Part shown: positions 47,517 through 58,162 of the stretch, piece by piece
Layout: each line of letters opens with the position of its first letter
Position numbering within the stretch: position 1 is the stretch's first letter
NCBI GenBank assembly: GCA_039588295.1
Contig: JBDHAB010000001.1
Location: forward strand, 256,001-320,000
Source of the DNA: Gemmatimonadota bacterium
GTDB lineage: Bacteria > Gemmatimonadota > Gemmatimonadetes > Gemmatimonadales > GWC2-71-9
Reading direction: 5' to 3'
Length of the DNA stretch: 64,000 nt
Notes under the pieces: model-generated
The model's database searches: none
What the model was told of the DNA's origin: nothing
What the model saw: only the letters and a program-made list of their open reading frames with translations
Program-made: the position numbers and the translations under genes

Positions 47517-48932
47517 CTACCGTCGTTGCGGTCCGGCCAGCTCGACCTTCATGCCGTCCTCGGCAACCTGTGCGGTCCAGCCGTACCGCTCTCGAATCGC
47601 CCCTGCCAACGTCTCGGCCGCGGTCGGTTCGCCGTGCACCAGGTAGGTTTCGAGCGGCGGTTCCTCAAAACCGGAGAGCCATTGTAGGAGTTCGCTCTGG
47701 TCGGCGTGGGCGGAGAGGCCGTCCAGCGTGTCGACGCTGGCTCGCACCCTGATATCGCGGCCGTGAATTCGAACCTCGTCGGCACCTTCCTGCAGCCGCC
47801 GGCCACGCGTTCCGGCCGCCTGGAATCCAGCCAGCAGCACCGTGGTGCGCCGGTCGGAGAGTCGGAGCTTGAGGTGATGGAGAATCCGGCCGCCCGTGGC
47901 CATGCCGCTCGCGGAAATGATGACGACGGGTCCGCGGATGTCGTTGAGCGCCATCGAATCTTCCTGCGACTTGGCGAGGCTGAAGTTCTCCGGATACAGC
48001 GGGCACTGTCCCGTCTTCCGCACCATTTGCATGTCCAGATCGTGCTCGTTGGTATGCGTGAGGTAGATGTCGGTGACGTCAATCGCCATTGGGCTGTCGA
48101 TGTAGACGGGAAGCTCCGGGATACGTTTCTCGTCCTCCAATTGGCGGATCCACCACAGCAGTTCCTGCGTGCGGCCGACCGCGAAGGCGGGTACGAGAAG
48201 AGCCCCACCACGCTCTGCAGCAACACGGACACATTCCGCCAGTTCCTCGTGGACGTCTCGAGGGTGGTGCCGGTTGCCGTAAGTCGATTCCAGGAGTAGG
48301 TAGTCGGCGCGCGGCACCGGTTGCGGGTCGTGCAGAATCGGGCGGCCCCACCGACCCAGGTCTCCGGAAAACACCAGTCGTGTCGGTGAGGGTCCGTCCA
48401 GCTCCAGGTCCACGGTGGCTGAGCCCAGGATGTGACCGGCGGTGCGGAACGTGGCCACCATCCCATCGGTCACCCGAATCGTCTCGCCGAAGGGCTGGGG
48501 CTGGAGCAGCTCGAGCGCGGCTTCGGCGTCCGCCATGGTGTAGAGCGGCAACGCCGGTTTGTGTTTTGAGTAGCCGAGATGGTTGGCGTGTGCGGCGTGT
48601 TTCTCCTGGAGATACGCTGAATCCCGCAACAGCGAGCCGAGGAGGTCGGCGGTGGAGCGGGTACAGTAGACGGGACCCCGGAAGCCCCGGCGCGCAATCA
48701 GCGGCAGGTAGCCGGAATGGTCGATGTGTGCGTGGCTCAGAACCACGGCGTCGAGCCTCTTGGGTTCGAACGGTGGTGCCTCCCAGTTGCGCAAGCGTAA
48801 CGCCTTGAGGCCTTGGAACAGGCCGCAGTCGAGCAGGACCTGCTTGCCGTTCGCGGCTACGAGGTGCTTCGATCCGGTGACGGTGCCCGCAGCACCCAGG
48901 AAGCGAACGGTTGGTGAGGTTCGTTTCTTCAT
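47517..48932 (-). CDS. MBL-fold beta-CASP ribonuclease (TTHA0252/YSH1-like)
   Basis: GAAGTVTGS, DCGLFQG, SHAHIDH, AGHILGS, FSGDLG, ESTYG, SASGM, SAHAD, VHGE. Confidence 0.93.
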   Translation of the reverse strand: MKKRTSPTVRFLGAAGTVTGSKHLVAANGKQVLLDCGLFQGLKALRLRNWEAPPFEPKRLDAVVLSHAHIDHSGYLPLIARRGFRGPVYCTRSTADLLGSLLRDSAYLQEKHAAHANHLGYSKHKPALPLYTMADAEAALELLQPQPFGETIRVTDGMVATFRTAGHILGSATVDLELDGPSPTRLVFSGDLGRWGRPILHDPQPVPRADYLLLESTYGNRHHPRDVHEELAECVRVAAERGGALLVPAFAVGRTQELLWWIRQLEDEKRIPELPVYIDSPMAIDVTDIYLTHTNEHDLDMQMVRKTGQCPLYPENFSLAKSQEDSMALNDIRGPVVIISASGMATGGRILHHLKLRLSDRRTTVLLAGFQAAGTRGRRLQEGADEVRIHGRDIRVRASVDTLDGLSAHADQSELLQWLSGFEEPPLETYLVHGEPTAAETLAGAIRERYGWTAQVAEDGMKVELAGPQRR

Positions 48933-49173
48933 CACGTAGCTCTTCGTTGGCGGTTGCTCGGCCCCAACAACCGCGGTTGAGGTCAGCGGACCGCGGAAGT
49001 CTCGTGCCACATCGGCGCCGCGCAGGCGCGCGCAATCCACGTGGGGGTTGTGCGCTGGGTCATGTCCTCGCAGTAGTGGTACTGTAATTTGTATCCCGGC
49101 CAACCGACGGTGGCAATGGCCGCTTGAAGTATGGGTCGCGAGTGCGGTGTGACACCCTTGACGGAGGCTGTCC

Positions 49174-50058
49174 ATGCGGTGGCTCAGGAACGTGGCGCTG
49201 CGGGGCAACTTGCCGAACGCGGAATCGCTGACGATCGCTGCGGGTGCGAGTCTCGCGCAGGCGTGGACTGCGGTCGGAGAGCACTGTGGCATCGCGCAGA
49301 CCGAACTGGCCGGGCATGTCGCAAGGCAGTTCCATCTCGCGGTTACCGATCTGGCTACCTGCGAGCCGAAGGCGCTCAAGCTCGTGCCCGAGTCTGTCGC
49401 ACGGCACTTCCACGTGCTTCCGCTGCGAGAAGACGACCGCACCTTGGTTGTGGCCACCAGTGATCCGACCGACCAGGGCGTCGAGCGCGCACTTGGTCTC
49501 GTCTCGGGACGAGATGCACGATTTGCCGTTGCGCCGCCGACCCCGTTGGCGGAAGCCATCGACGCTCACTACACCCCGGATCTCCCCGTGCGTGCCGGGT
49601 CCGCGTCGCTGGACGGCGCTCGTCCAGCTGCAGAGGCGGCGACCTCCGCCACGACGAGGCTGCCCCCACACATCCTCTTAGCCGACGACGACCCCATCAT
49701 CCGGGCCATGGCTCGGACGATACTGGAATCCAGTGGGATGCAGGTCTCCGAAGCAGGCGACGGCGCCGCGGCGCTCGGCCAGCTCGAGACCGGTGGGTAT
49801 GACTTGCTGGTTCTGGACCTGCACATGCCGAAGCTCAACGGCATCGAGGTCCTCCGCCGCGTGCGGGCGTCCGCAACGACGGCTGATCTTCCAGTGGTTG
49901 TGGTTACGGGTTCCGACGCCGACGAAGCGGAGGTGCTCGTCCTGGAGGGAGGGGCGGACGACTACGTCCGGAAGCCGATCGATGCGCCGCGGTACGTGGC
50001 ACGGATCAAGGCGGTGTTGCGGCGGACGTGGGCGAACCGCGGCGCATCGAGCCCCTGA
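49174..50058 (+). CDS. T2SSE_N/MshEN-like domain fused to a receiver domain
   Basis: LVPESVARHFHVLPL...LVVATSDPTD...AIDAHY, then REC (LLADDD, LDLHMP, DDYVRKP); GGAGG SD. Confidence 0.82.
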   Translation: MRWLRNVALRGNLPNAESLTIAAGASLAQAWTAVGEHCGIAQTELAGHVARQFHLAVTDLATCEPKALKLVPESVARHFHVLPLREDDRTLVVATSDPTDQGVERALGLVSGRDARFAVAPPTPLAEAIDAHYTPDLPVRAGSASLDGARPAAEAATSATTRLPPHILLADDDPIIRAMARTILESSGMQVSEAGDGAAALGQLETGGYDLLVLDLHMPKLNGIEVLRRVRASATTADLPVVVVTGSDADEAEVLVLEGGADDYVRKPIDAPRYVARIKAVLRRTWANRGASSP

Positions 50059-50322
50059 TCGTACGTGGCAGACACTGGCCGGATTGCGAGCGAGGTCTCG
50101 ATAGGCCGCTTTCAAGCCGGACCGAATTGGGACATACTTCATAGACAAACGCCGATGCGCGCGGTGGAGCCGCCGTCAGAGTTCGGTCCACCCCGATACC
50201 GCCAGGGAAAGGACTGAGATGCCTCCTGCCTCCAGTGGCGTTCAATGCGTTGGACCGTCACCCCTCGCGCATCCCACGTGCCAGACAAGACCAGGCTCAG
50301 CCCACCTCGATTGGTCTCGACC

Positions 50323-53300
50323 ATGAAGATTCCATCGACGTTCTCGACCACATTCGGCCCGCCGATCTTCGACGATCCAGAGCGCTCCCGCACTGCTTGG
50401 CTCGTGCACGGGGTGCTCGTTGGAACGATTGTCCTCGTGTTACCGCTGGCGGCCCTCGTTCCGGTGTTCAATCCCAGTCCGCTTCCCGTGTTGAAGTTGG
50501 CAGCCGCGCTAATCGCAGCTGCCATTCTCGGGCTGCTAGTCGTTCGCCGTGGCGCCCTGCGAGCTGTCTGTGTCGGCTTCACCTTGTTTGTGTGGTTTGT
50601 GATGGCGTTCGCCACCGCCGTCGACGGCGGGCTCCGAGCGCCGGCCATGCTTGGGTTTCCGGTCGTGATCCTGCTCGCGGGCTTCTTCCTGGGCCGCCGG
50701 GCAGCCGTCGGGCTCGCAGTTACGACTGCGCTCGGAGCGCTTGCACTCCTGTGGCCTGAGGTCCACGGGATGCTGCCGGCGGACCCGATACCGCTCGGCC
50801 TGCTGTGGCTGGCGGCCGCGGCGAGTCTGGCGGGTGTGGTGCTGTTCGTCCATTTCGCGCTCCGGCTTGACGAAGACCGGCGTGACGCGGAGCGGCGCCT
50901 CCGGCGAGCATTGCAGGCGGCGCAGATCGGAACGTGGGAATGGGACGTCACAGGTGGGGGCATCACGTGGTCCACGAATGCCGAGCGGCTCTTCGGACTT
51001 CGCCGTAGGAGCTTCGGGGGCACGTACCAGGCGTACATCGACTTGATCCACCCACAGGATCGGGAGCGCGTTGAGGCCCGGCTACAGCAAGCGCTGGATC
51101 GGGCGAGTCGATTCGAGGTCGAGCACCGCATTGAGCGTCCAGATGGCTCGGTGCGATGGCTTGCGAGTCGGGGGGAAGTGACGGAGTTCGAGGCGGGCCG
51201 ATCGGTTCGGATGGCAGGAATGGTGTTGGACATCACGGAGCGTCACGTAGCCGAGGAGCGACTGCTACGCCAGGTCGAGCGCAACCAGGCGATTCTGAGT
51301 TCGACCGCTGACGGGTTCGCCGTGCTCCGGCCGGATGGTCAGTTGGTCGAGGTGAATGACGCCCTGTGCCAGATGCTTGGATACTTGCGCGACGAACTGT
51401 TGGGTATGAACGCCGCCCAACTCGACGCGCAGATGACCCCGGGAGATATCGAACGAACACTCGAGGAATCGCAACGGAGCAGTCTGGGTTTCGAGACCAC
51501 CGCCCGCCGTAAAGATGGTTCGATCTTCGACATCGATGTCAGCACGGTCATGTTGTCGGCCGAGGATGGGCCGGCGATCGCGGCGTTCGTGCGCGATATC
51601 AGTGCTCGCAAGGATGCGGAGGCTGCACTCCGTGAGAGCGAGGAACGGTATCGGGTGCTGTTCGAGAATTCCCCAGCTGGCATTGGGGTCGTGGGTCCCG
51701 ACGGCGGTATTCGGGCGTTCAACAGAGCGATGCTCGAACCTGGCGGATATACCCCCGAGGATATTCGGCGTCTCGAGTCCGTCGATGAGTTGTACGCCGA
51801 TCCCGAAGCACGGGTGCGCACGTTGACGAAGTTCCAGCGAGACGGGTTCGTGCGGGGTGAGGAGGTGCGGTTTCGAGCCAGCGACGGCGGCACGTACGAT
51901 GCCGTCATGAATCTTAACTCCGTGACGTTCGACGAGGAGCCGTGTCTCATCGCTCACGTCGAGAATGTAACCGAACGCAAGCGCACGGAAGAGGCGCTAC
52001 GACAGAGCGAAGAGCGGTATCGGCGCCTGGCCGACAATGCGCCGGCCATCATCTATCGCTTGCGTCTGGGTGACGATCCCGGCTTCGACTACATCAGCCC
52101 TGGGGTAGAGCCCGTGTCGGGGTACACGCCGGAGGAGTTCTACGAGGACCCGGGGTTAGGTGTGAGGATTATCCACCCCGACGACCGTCCTGGGCTTGAT
52201 GCCCTGGTTCGAGGAGTCTTGCCCGAGTCACCGCACGCAGTGCGTTGGATCCGTAAGGACGGGACGATGGTCTGGACTGAGGATCGGGCCGTACCGGTCT
52301 ACGATGACGGGGGCGCGCTGGTGGCCGTGGAAGGGGTTGCTCTCGACATCACGCAGCGAATGCAAGCCGAGGAGCGCCTGAAGCAATCGGAAGAACGCTA
52401 CCGTACGCTGCTCGAGCGACTGCCGTATGCAGTCTACCGTAGCACGCCGGATGGGCGATTTCTGGATGCAAACCCCGCACTGGTTGGTATGCTAGGCTAC
52501 GACAGTGACGCGGAGTTGAAGACACTCGACATTCGCTCCCAGGTCTATGCAGAACCCGCCGCGCGGGACAAGGTCTTGCGGGATGCGGTAGATGGCGGCC
52601 TCGCAGAAATCCGACTCCGCCGAAAGGACGGCTCGCTGTTGTGGGCGGAGGATCGAACGGTGCCTGTTCTGGACGACGATGGAGAGGTGATGTGCTACGA
52701 GGGCACCTTGCAGGACATCACGGATCGCAAGCGCTCCGAAGAACAGCTCCGGGCGAGTGAGGCGACGTTCCGTGCGGTGTTCGAAGGCGCCGGGATAGGC
52801 ATGGCGGCGGTGGACTTGGATGGCCATATCCTGAGCTGCAACGCCGCCCTTGCAGAACTCCTGGGGTACGAGCGAGCGGTGCTCGTGGGCATGAACGTCG
52901 CGGATGTCTCCCATCCAGACGACCAGGATCGCGATTTGGCGCTGAAGCAGGAAATGGTGGAGGACGGCAGAGACGTTGGTGCGATGGACAAGCGGTACGT
53001 CCGCAAAGACGGCTCGATCATCTGGGGCCGTTTGACGATCTCATTGGTGCGAGACCCGACCGGTGAGGTGCAGTTTGTGATCGGGATGGTGGAGGATGTT
53101 ACTGAGCGACGAGCCGCCGAACGGGCCCTCCGCGCATCGGAACAGCGGTTGGCGAAGACGTTCGGCCTGAGCCCGGATGCAATCGCGATCACCAAGGCGA
53201 GCGACGGCAGGTTGGTGGAGGTTAACGACACGTTCGTGCGGCTGTCAGGATACTCCCGGGAGGAGGCGATTGGGAGAGATACGGTTTCACTCGGAATCTG

Positions 53301-56300
53301 GGAGCGACAGGACGATCGATCGGCGTGGATTGATCGGCTGAGCGTGGAGGGGAGTGCGAGCGCGGAAATGCCGCTGTTTGACCGACGCGGAATGAGACAT
53401 GATTGTTTGGTGTCGGCGGCGGTGATCGATCTTCATGGCGACCCGCACATTCTCTCCTATGTCACAGACATCACTGAACGAAAGCGCGCTGAAGAGGGGA
53501 TTCGGGAGCGGGCAGCGCTCGCAGCGTTCACCGCTGATGTCACGGGCGCTCTCATAACAGGGAAACCCCTACGCGACATCCTGCACCACTGCGCCGAGGC
53601 GATGGTGCAGCACCTCGACGCGGCGTTCGCCCGAATCTGGACGCTCAACGAGGCGCAGGATGTGTTGGAGCTCCAGGCGAGTGCCGGGATGTATGCCCAT
53701 CTCGACGGCGATCACGCCCGCATTCGAGTGGGAGAGCTCAAGATCGGCCGCATTGCGGAAGAACGACAGCCGCATCTCACGAATGCGGTCCGCAGCGATC
53801 CGCTCGTGCACGATCATGCGTGGGCGGTACGGGAGGGGTTGGTTGCCTTCGCCGGGTATCCGCTGATCGTCGACGACGAGCTTGTCGGTGTCGCGGCGAT
53901 GTTCGCTCGCGACCCACTCACCGACGCCACGCTTCAAGCGCTCGGATCGGTGGTGAACAGCATCGCGTCTGCGATCGAGCGTAAGCGGGCGGAAGAGGCA
54001 CGACAGGCTGGTGAAGCGCGTCGCCGTGCCATCTTCGAGCAGGCGGCGGTTGGGATCATCGAGTCCGCACTCGATGGTCGGTTCCTACGCACAAACGCCA
54101 AGTTTTGCGAGATCGTCGGATACTCAGTGGAGGAACTGGCGGGTTTGTCGTTTCAGGAGATCACGCATCCGGATGATCTGAGACAGGACCGCGAGAACCT
54201 GGAGCGCGTACTGCGCGGTGAGTCGGGCACCTTCACCGTGGAGAAGCGGTACCTGCACAAGAATGGCAGTCCGGTGTGGACTCAACTTACCGCGTCACTG
54301 ATCCGCGATCCGGGTGGTGAGGCCGAGTATTGGGTTGGTGTGGTCCAGGACATCACCGACCGGAGGAGTGCTGAGGCGGCGCTGCGGCGATCGGAGGAGC
54401 GCTATCGGACGATGGTGGAGCGCTTACCTGCGGGCGTGTACCGTTCCACGCACGGAGGGAAATTCCTTGAAATCAACCCCGCCATGGTCCAGATGCTGGG
54501 CTATGAGGGCAAGGAGGAGCTGTTGGCGATCGACATTCCGTCGACCCTGTATGTCGACCCCGAGGATCGCGACCTGCCGATTGCCATGGGTCGACAGGCC
54601 AAGTCTGAGGTCCGCCTGCGGCGGAAGGACGGTTCGGTGATCTGGGTGGAGGATCACGCGACCTATATCTACGACGACACTGGGAACGTACGGTATCACG
54701 AGGGTGTGTTGCTCGATATCACGGTGCGAAGACAGGCCGAAGAGTCGATTCGGGCAAGTGAAGAGCGGTTTCGGACGGTGTTTGAGTCCGCAGCAATCGG
54801 TGTGGCCGTGGTCGAGAAGAGTGGCGTTGCCGTCGAAAGCAACGCGGCACTCCAGGAGATGCTCGGCTACAGCAAGGACGAATTGGGCAGCATGCCGTTC
54901 ACGGAGTTCACCCATCCCGACGATGCTCAGAAAGATCTGGCGCTGTACCAGGAGCTGATGGCCGGGAGGCGCGAGAGCTACCACATGGAAAAGCGCTACA
55001 TCCGGAAGGATGGGCCGGTTGTCTGGGGGCAGTTGACGGTTTCACTGGTTCGTGATGCCGCTGGTGCGCCCCGCCATGCGATTGGGATGGTCCAGGATGT
55101 CACGGAGCGGCGCCGTGCAGAGGATGCCTTGCGGGACCGTGAGGATCGCATGCGGCAGGCGCTCATCGCGGCAAGCGCCGGCGCCTGGGAATGGGATATC
55201 AAGACGAACGAGGTGTTCTGGTCCGATGAGAACTTCCGTCTGTTCGGCCTCGATCCGGCAGCGGGGCCGGCCAGCTACGAGCGGTGGCTTCAATGTCTGC
55301 ATGCTGACGACCGACGAATGACCGAGCGTCACGTCGTGGAGGCAATCGGCCGGGTGAGCGATCTGAACACCGAGTACCGAGTTGTATGGCCGGACGGGTC
55401 GGTGCGTTGGATCAATGGCGTGGGCAGTATCAGATTGGATGCCGCGGGGAAGCCCGCCGCCATGTACGGGATCCAGATTGACATCACGGAACGAAAGCGG
55501 GCCACCGAGGCGCTCAGGGCGAGCGAGGAGGCCCACCGGGTCATCACCGAGAACTCCATGGAGGTAATGACCCGTGTCAATCGGGAGGGTCGTCTGGTCT
55601 TCGTCAATCGCGCTGCCGCAGCAGGGATGGGGACGACCACAACGGACCCCGTCGGTTTGCATTTGTCGGACGTCTATGCCCCGGAGATCGCGGACGAAAT
55701 GTTGGCTCGTATTGACAAGGTGTTTGCCACGGGGGAGGGAATCCTGTCCGAGCAAGAGGCCCACATTCGCGGGGAACGACGGTACTTCCTGACCAGCAAT
55801 CAACCGATTCGAGACAGTCAAGGGCGCATCGATTCGGTCATGTCGATTGGAGTTGATATCACGGAGCGTCTCAAGGCCGAGGATCTCCTAAAGCGGAGTG
55901 AGGCGCAGTATCGCGCGATTGCGGAGGATATGCCGGCGCTGGTCTGCCGGTTCCGCGCCGACGGTGAACTCACGTTCGTGAACGGCGCCTACTGCGAATA
56001 CTACGAGCGAACTCCCGAAGACCTCGTCAGCCGAAACTTCTTCGCGTTCGTTGCCCCCGAGGATCGGCCCAGCGTCCGAGCGCGCTTCACCGCCCTGACG
56101 CGGGAGAATCCGGTTATCACGTACGAGCGTCGCACTCGCGGGCCGGATGGGTCGACCCGGTGGCAGCTATGGACCGATCGCGCCATCGTGGATGATGCAG
56201 GGAGGTCCGTCGAGTTCCAGTGCTTGGGACGAGATATCACGGAAAGCAGGATCGCCGAAGCCCGCGTGCGCAAATCCGAACAGCAGCTACGACGGCTGGC

Positions 56301-56949
56301 GGCACGGCTGCAGGCGGTGCGCGAGGAGGAGCGTACGACCATTGCTCGTGAAATCCACGATGAGCTGGGTCAGGCGCTGACCGGGATCAAGATCGACCTG
56401 GCGTGGATCGTGGAACGCTTTCCGAGCAATTGGAAACGCGTGCGAGAGCGGGGCAAGAGCATGTTTTCGTTGGTGGATTCCGCGATCAACACCGTGCGCG
56501 ATTTGTCGGCGCGCCTCCGCCCTGCGGTGCTGGACGACCTTGGTCTGGCCGCGGCGGTCGAGTGGCAGGCGTACGATGTGGCAAACCGTACCGGATTGGA
56601 TCTGGTGGTCACCACGCCCTCCGAGGACGTCGAGCTCGACCGCGAACAAGCCACGGCACTGTTTCGGATCCTCCAGGAGGCGCTGACCAACGTGGTACGG
56701 CACGCGGAGGCAACAAAGGTCGCTGTCGAGCTGCGGAGGGCTGGCAACGGTGTCGTACTTGAAGTCACCGACGACGGCAGGGGCATCGCGGAGGATGTTG
56801 CGGAGCTCTCCGGGTCCCTGGGACTCCTGGGTATGCAGGAGCGAGCGGTGGTGCTGGGTGGGGATGTTCGCGTCCAGCGAATTCCCGAAGGCGGCACCAA
56901 GATGACGGCGACCGTGCCCCTCGGGCCCTCGAATTCGGAAGAGGTGTGA
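50323..56949 (+). CDS. Giant membrane sensor kinase: about 5 TM, 13 PAS, 1 GAF, HisKA_3, HATPase
   Basis: 13 PAS/PAC units ending in D(I/V)(T/S)xR-type motifs, a GAF after PAS7, EEERTTIAREIHDELGQ, QEALTNVVRHA, DDGRG, GLLGMQER. Confidence 0.93.
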   Translation: MKIPSTFSTTFGPPIFDDPERSRTAWLVHGVLVGTIVLVLPLAALVPVFNPSPLPVLKLAAALIAAAILGLLVVRRGALRAVCVGFTLFVWFVMAFATAVDGGLRAPAMLGFPVVILLAGFFLGRRAAVGLAVTTALGALALLWPEVHGMLPADPIPLGLLWLAAAASLAGVVLFVHFALRLDEDRRDAERRLRRALQAAQIGTWEWDVTGGGITWSTNAERLFGLRRRSFGGTYQAYIDLIHPQDRERVEARLQQALDRASRFEVEHRIERPDGSVRWLASRGEVTEFEAGRSVRMAGMVLDITERHVAEERLLRQVERNQAILSSTADGFAVLRPDGQLVEVNDALCQMLGYLRDELLGMNAAQLDAQMTPGDIERTLEESQRSSLGFETTARRKDGSIFDIDVSTVMLSAEDGPAIAAFVRDISARKDAEAALRESEERYRVLFENSPAGIGVVGPDGGIRAFNRAMLEPGGYTPEDIRRLESVDELYADPEARVRTLTKFQRDGFVRGEEVRFRASDGGTYDAVMNLNSVTFDEEPCLIAHVENVTERKRTEEALRQSEERYRRLADNAPAIIYRLRLGDDPGFDYISPGVEPVSGYTPEEFYEDPGLGVRIIHPDDRPGLDALVRGVLPESPHAVRWIRKDGTMVWTEDRAVPVYDDGGALVAVEGVALDITQRMQAEERLKQSEERYRTLLERLPYAVYRSTPDGRFLDANPALVGMLGYDSDAELKTLDIRSQVYAEPAARDKVLRDAVDGGLAEIRLRRKDGSLLWAEDRTVPVLDDDGEVMCYEGTLQDITDRKRSEEQLRASEATFRAVFEGAGIGMAAVDLDGHILSCNAALAELLGYERAVLVGMNVADVSHPDDQDRDLALKQEMVEDGRDVGAMDKRYVRKDGSIIWGRLTISLVRDPTGEVQFVIGMVEDVTERRAAERALRASEQRLAKTFGLSPDAIAITKASDGRLVEVNDTFVRLSGYSREEAIGRDTVSLGIWERQDDRSAWIDRLSVEGSASAEMPLFDRRGMRHDCLVSAAVIDLHGDPHILSYVTDITERKRAEEGIRERAALAAFTADVTGALITGKPLRDILHHCAEAMVQHLDAAFARIWTLNEAQDVLELQASAGMYAHLDGDHARIRVGELKIGRIAEERQPHLTNAVRSDPLVHDHAWAVREGLVAFAGYPLIVDDELVGVAAMFARDPLTDATLQALGSVVNSIASAIERKRAEEARQAGEARRRAIFEQAAVGIIESALDGRFLRTNAKFCEIVGYSVEELAGLSFQEITHPDDLRQDRENLERVLRGESGTFTVEKRYLHKNGSPVWTQLTASLIRDPGGEAEYWVGVVQDITDRRSAEAALRRSEERYRTMVERLPAGVYRSTHGGKFLEINPAMVQMLGYEGKEELLAIDIPSTLYVDPEDRDLPIAMGRQAKSEVRLRRKDGSVIWVEDHATYIYDDTGNVRYHEGVLLDITVRRQAEESIRASEERFRTVFESAAIGVAVVEKSGVAVESNAALQEMLGYSKDELGSMPFTEFTHPDDAQKDLALYQELMAGRRESYHMEKRYIRKDGPVVWGQLTVSLVRDAAGAPRHAIGMVQDVTERRRAEDALRDREDRMRQALIAASAGAWEWDIKTNEVFWSDENFRLFGLDPAAGPASYERWLQCLHADDRRMTERHVVEAIGRVSDLNTEYRVVWPDGSVRWINGVGSIRLDAAGKPAAMYGIQIDITERKRATEALRASEEAHRVITENSMEVMTRVNREGRLVFVNRAAAAGMGTTTTDPVGLHLSDVYAPEIADEMLARIDKVFATGEGILSEQEAHIRGERRYFLTSNQPIRDSQGRIDSVMSIGVDITERLKAEDLLKRSEAQYRAIAEDMPALVCRFRADGELTFVNGAYCEYYERTPEDLVSRNFFAFVAPEDRPSVRARFTALTRENPVITYERRTRGPDGSTRWQLWTDRAIVDDAGRSVEFQCLGRDITESRIAEARVRKSEQQLRRLAARLQAVREEERTTIAREIHDELGQALTGIKIDLAWIVERFPSNWKRVRERGKSMFSLVDSAINTVRDLSARLRPAVLDDLGLAAAVEWQAYDVANRTGLDLVVTTPSEDVELDREQATALFRILQEALTNVVRHAEATKVAVELRRAGNGVVLEVTDDGRGIAEDVAELSGSLGLLGMQERAVVLGGDVRVQRIPEGGTKMTATVPLGPSNSEEV

Positions 56950-56950
56950 C

Positions 56951-57580
56951 ATGATCAGGCTGCTGATGGCAGACGATCACCCGATCGTTCGAGCCGGTCT
57001 GCAGCGCATCGTGGCCGAACACCCCGACATGCAGGTGGTTGGTGAGGCGGCGAGTGGCGAGGAACTGTTACAACTGCTAGGGCGCGTCGAAGCCGATGTG
57101 TTGCTGCTCGACATCTCGATGCCCGGGCCTCCGTTCCTCGACCTGCTGCGAAGCGTACGCGACGAATGGCAGCAGCTCCGGGTTCTCGTGCTCAGTACCC
57201 ACCCGGAAGACCAGTACGCCGTACGCGCGCTGCGTTCGGGGGCGGCGGGGTATTTGACGAAAGAGCACTCACCGACTGAGTTGGCGGAGGCGGTGCGTCG
57301 GATCCACCGTGGCGGTCGGTATATCACGGAATCGCTCGCGGAAAAACTCGCACTCGCGCTGGATCCGTCAGAGGAACGACCGCCGCACGAACAGCTGTCG
57401 AACCGTGAATATCGTGTACTCTGCTGTCTGGGCGCCGGTAAGAGCATCAAAGAGATCGCTGCAACCCTCTCACTGAGTCCCAAAACCGTGAGCACCTACC
57501 GCGCACGCCTGCTCCAAAAGATGGGGCTCAAGACCACGGCGGACCTCATCCGGTACGCCGTCGAGCACGGTCTGGAATAG
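56951..57580 (+). CDS. NarL/UvrY-family response regulator
   Basis: ADDHPIVR, LDISMPG, LSNREY, LSPKTVSTYR. Confidence 0.95.
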   Translation: MIRLLMADDHPIVRAGLQRIVAEHPDMQVVGEAASGEELLQLLGRVEADVLLLDISMPGPPFLDLLRSVRDEWQQLRVLVLSTHPEDQYAVRALRSGAAGYLTKEHSPTELAEAVRRIHRGGRYITESLAEKLALALDPSEERPPHEQLSNREYRVLCCLGAGKSIKEIAATLSLSPKTVSTYRARLLQKMGLKTTADLIRYAVEHGLE

Positions 57581-57741
57581 CGCGCCCGGCCGCCTGCAGC
57601 GTGTAAGCCTCCGACCGACACGGTGTAGGCAGCCGGGCGGGCCCCCCCTCTTCGGATCCTACGCCCCGGTGCAGCCACTGGCGACAGCACCCGCACGCGT
57701 CAACTCCTAGCTTGCGATCACAGCGCGGCTAGGAGGTTCTC

Positions 57742-58137
57742 TTGAGCACCGCTACCAACGGAAAGTCACTTCGTGTGCTGATCGTCGACGACTCATCGGT
57801 GATCCGCCAACGACTCGTGGGATTGCTGGAAGAGGCGAGTGGGATCGACGTAGTAGGGGAGGCGACCGACGGCACCGAGGGACTCGAACTCGCTACCGCA
57901 CTCAACCCCGATGTCGTGGTGCTGGACATCCGCATGCCCGGCATGGGGGGAATCGAATTACTCGAGCGGCTCCGAGCCAGCAACGCTTCGACCACTGCCA
58001 TGGTACTGACCAACTTCCCGTACCCCATTTACCGCAAGCGATGCGCTGAGCTCGGTGCGCACTACTTCTTTGACAAGTCGACCGAATTCAACGAGGCGGT
58101 GGAAATGCTCCGCGGACTTTCGGAAGTCCGTCGCTAG
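57742..58137 (+). CDS. Stand-alone receiver-domain protein
   Basis: VLIVDD, LDIRMPG, FFDK; AGGAGG SD before TTG. Confidence 0.9.
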   Translation: MSTATNGKSLRVLIVDDSSVIRQRLVGLLEEASGIDVVGEATDGTEGLELATALNPDVVVLDIRMPGMGGIELLERLRASNASTTAMVLTNFPYPIYRKRCAELGAHYFFDKSTEFNEAVEMLRGLSEVRR

Positions 58138-58162
58138 CGCCGATGGCGGAGCTCGGCCCGGC

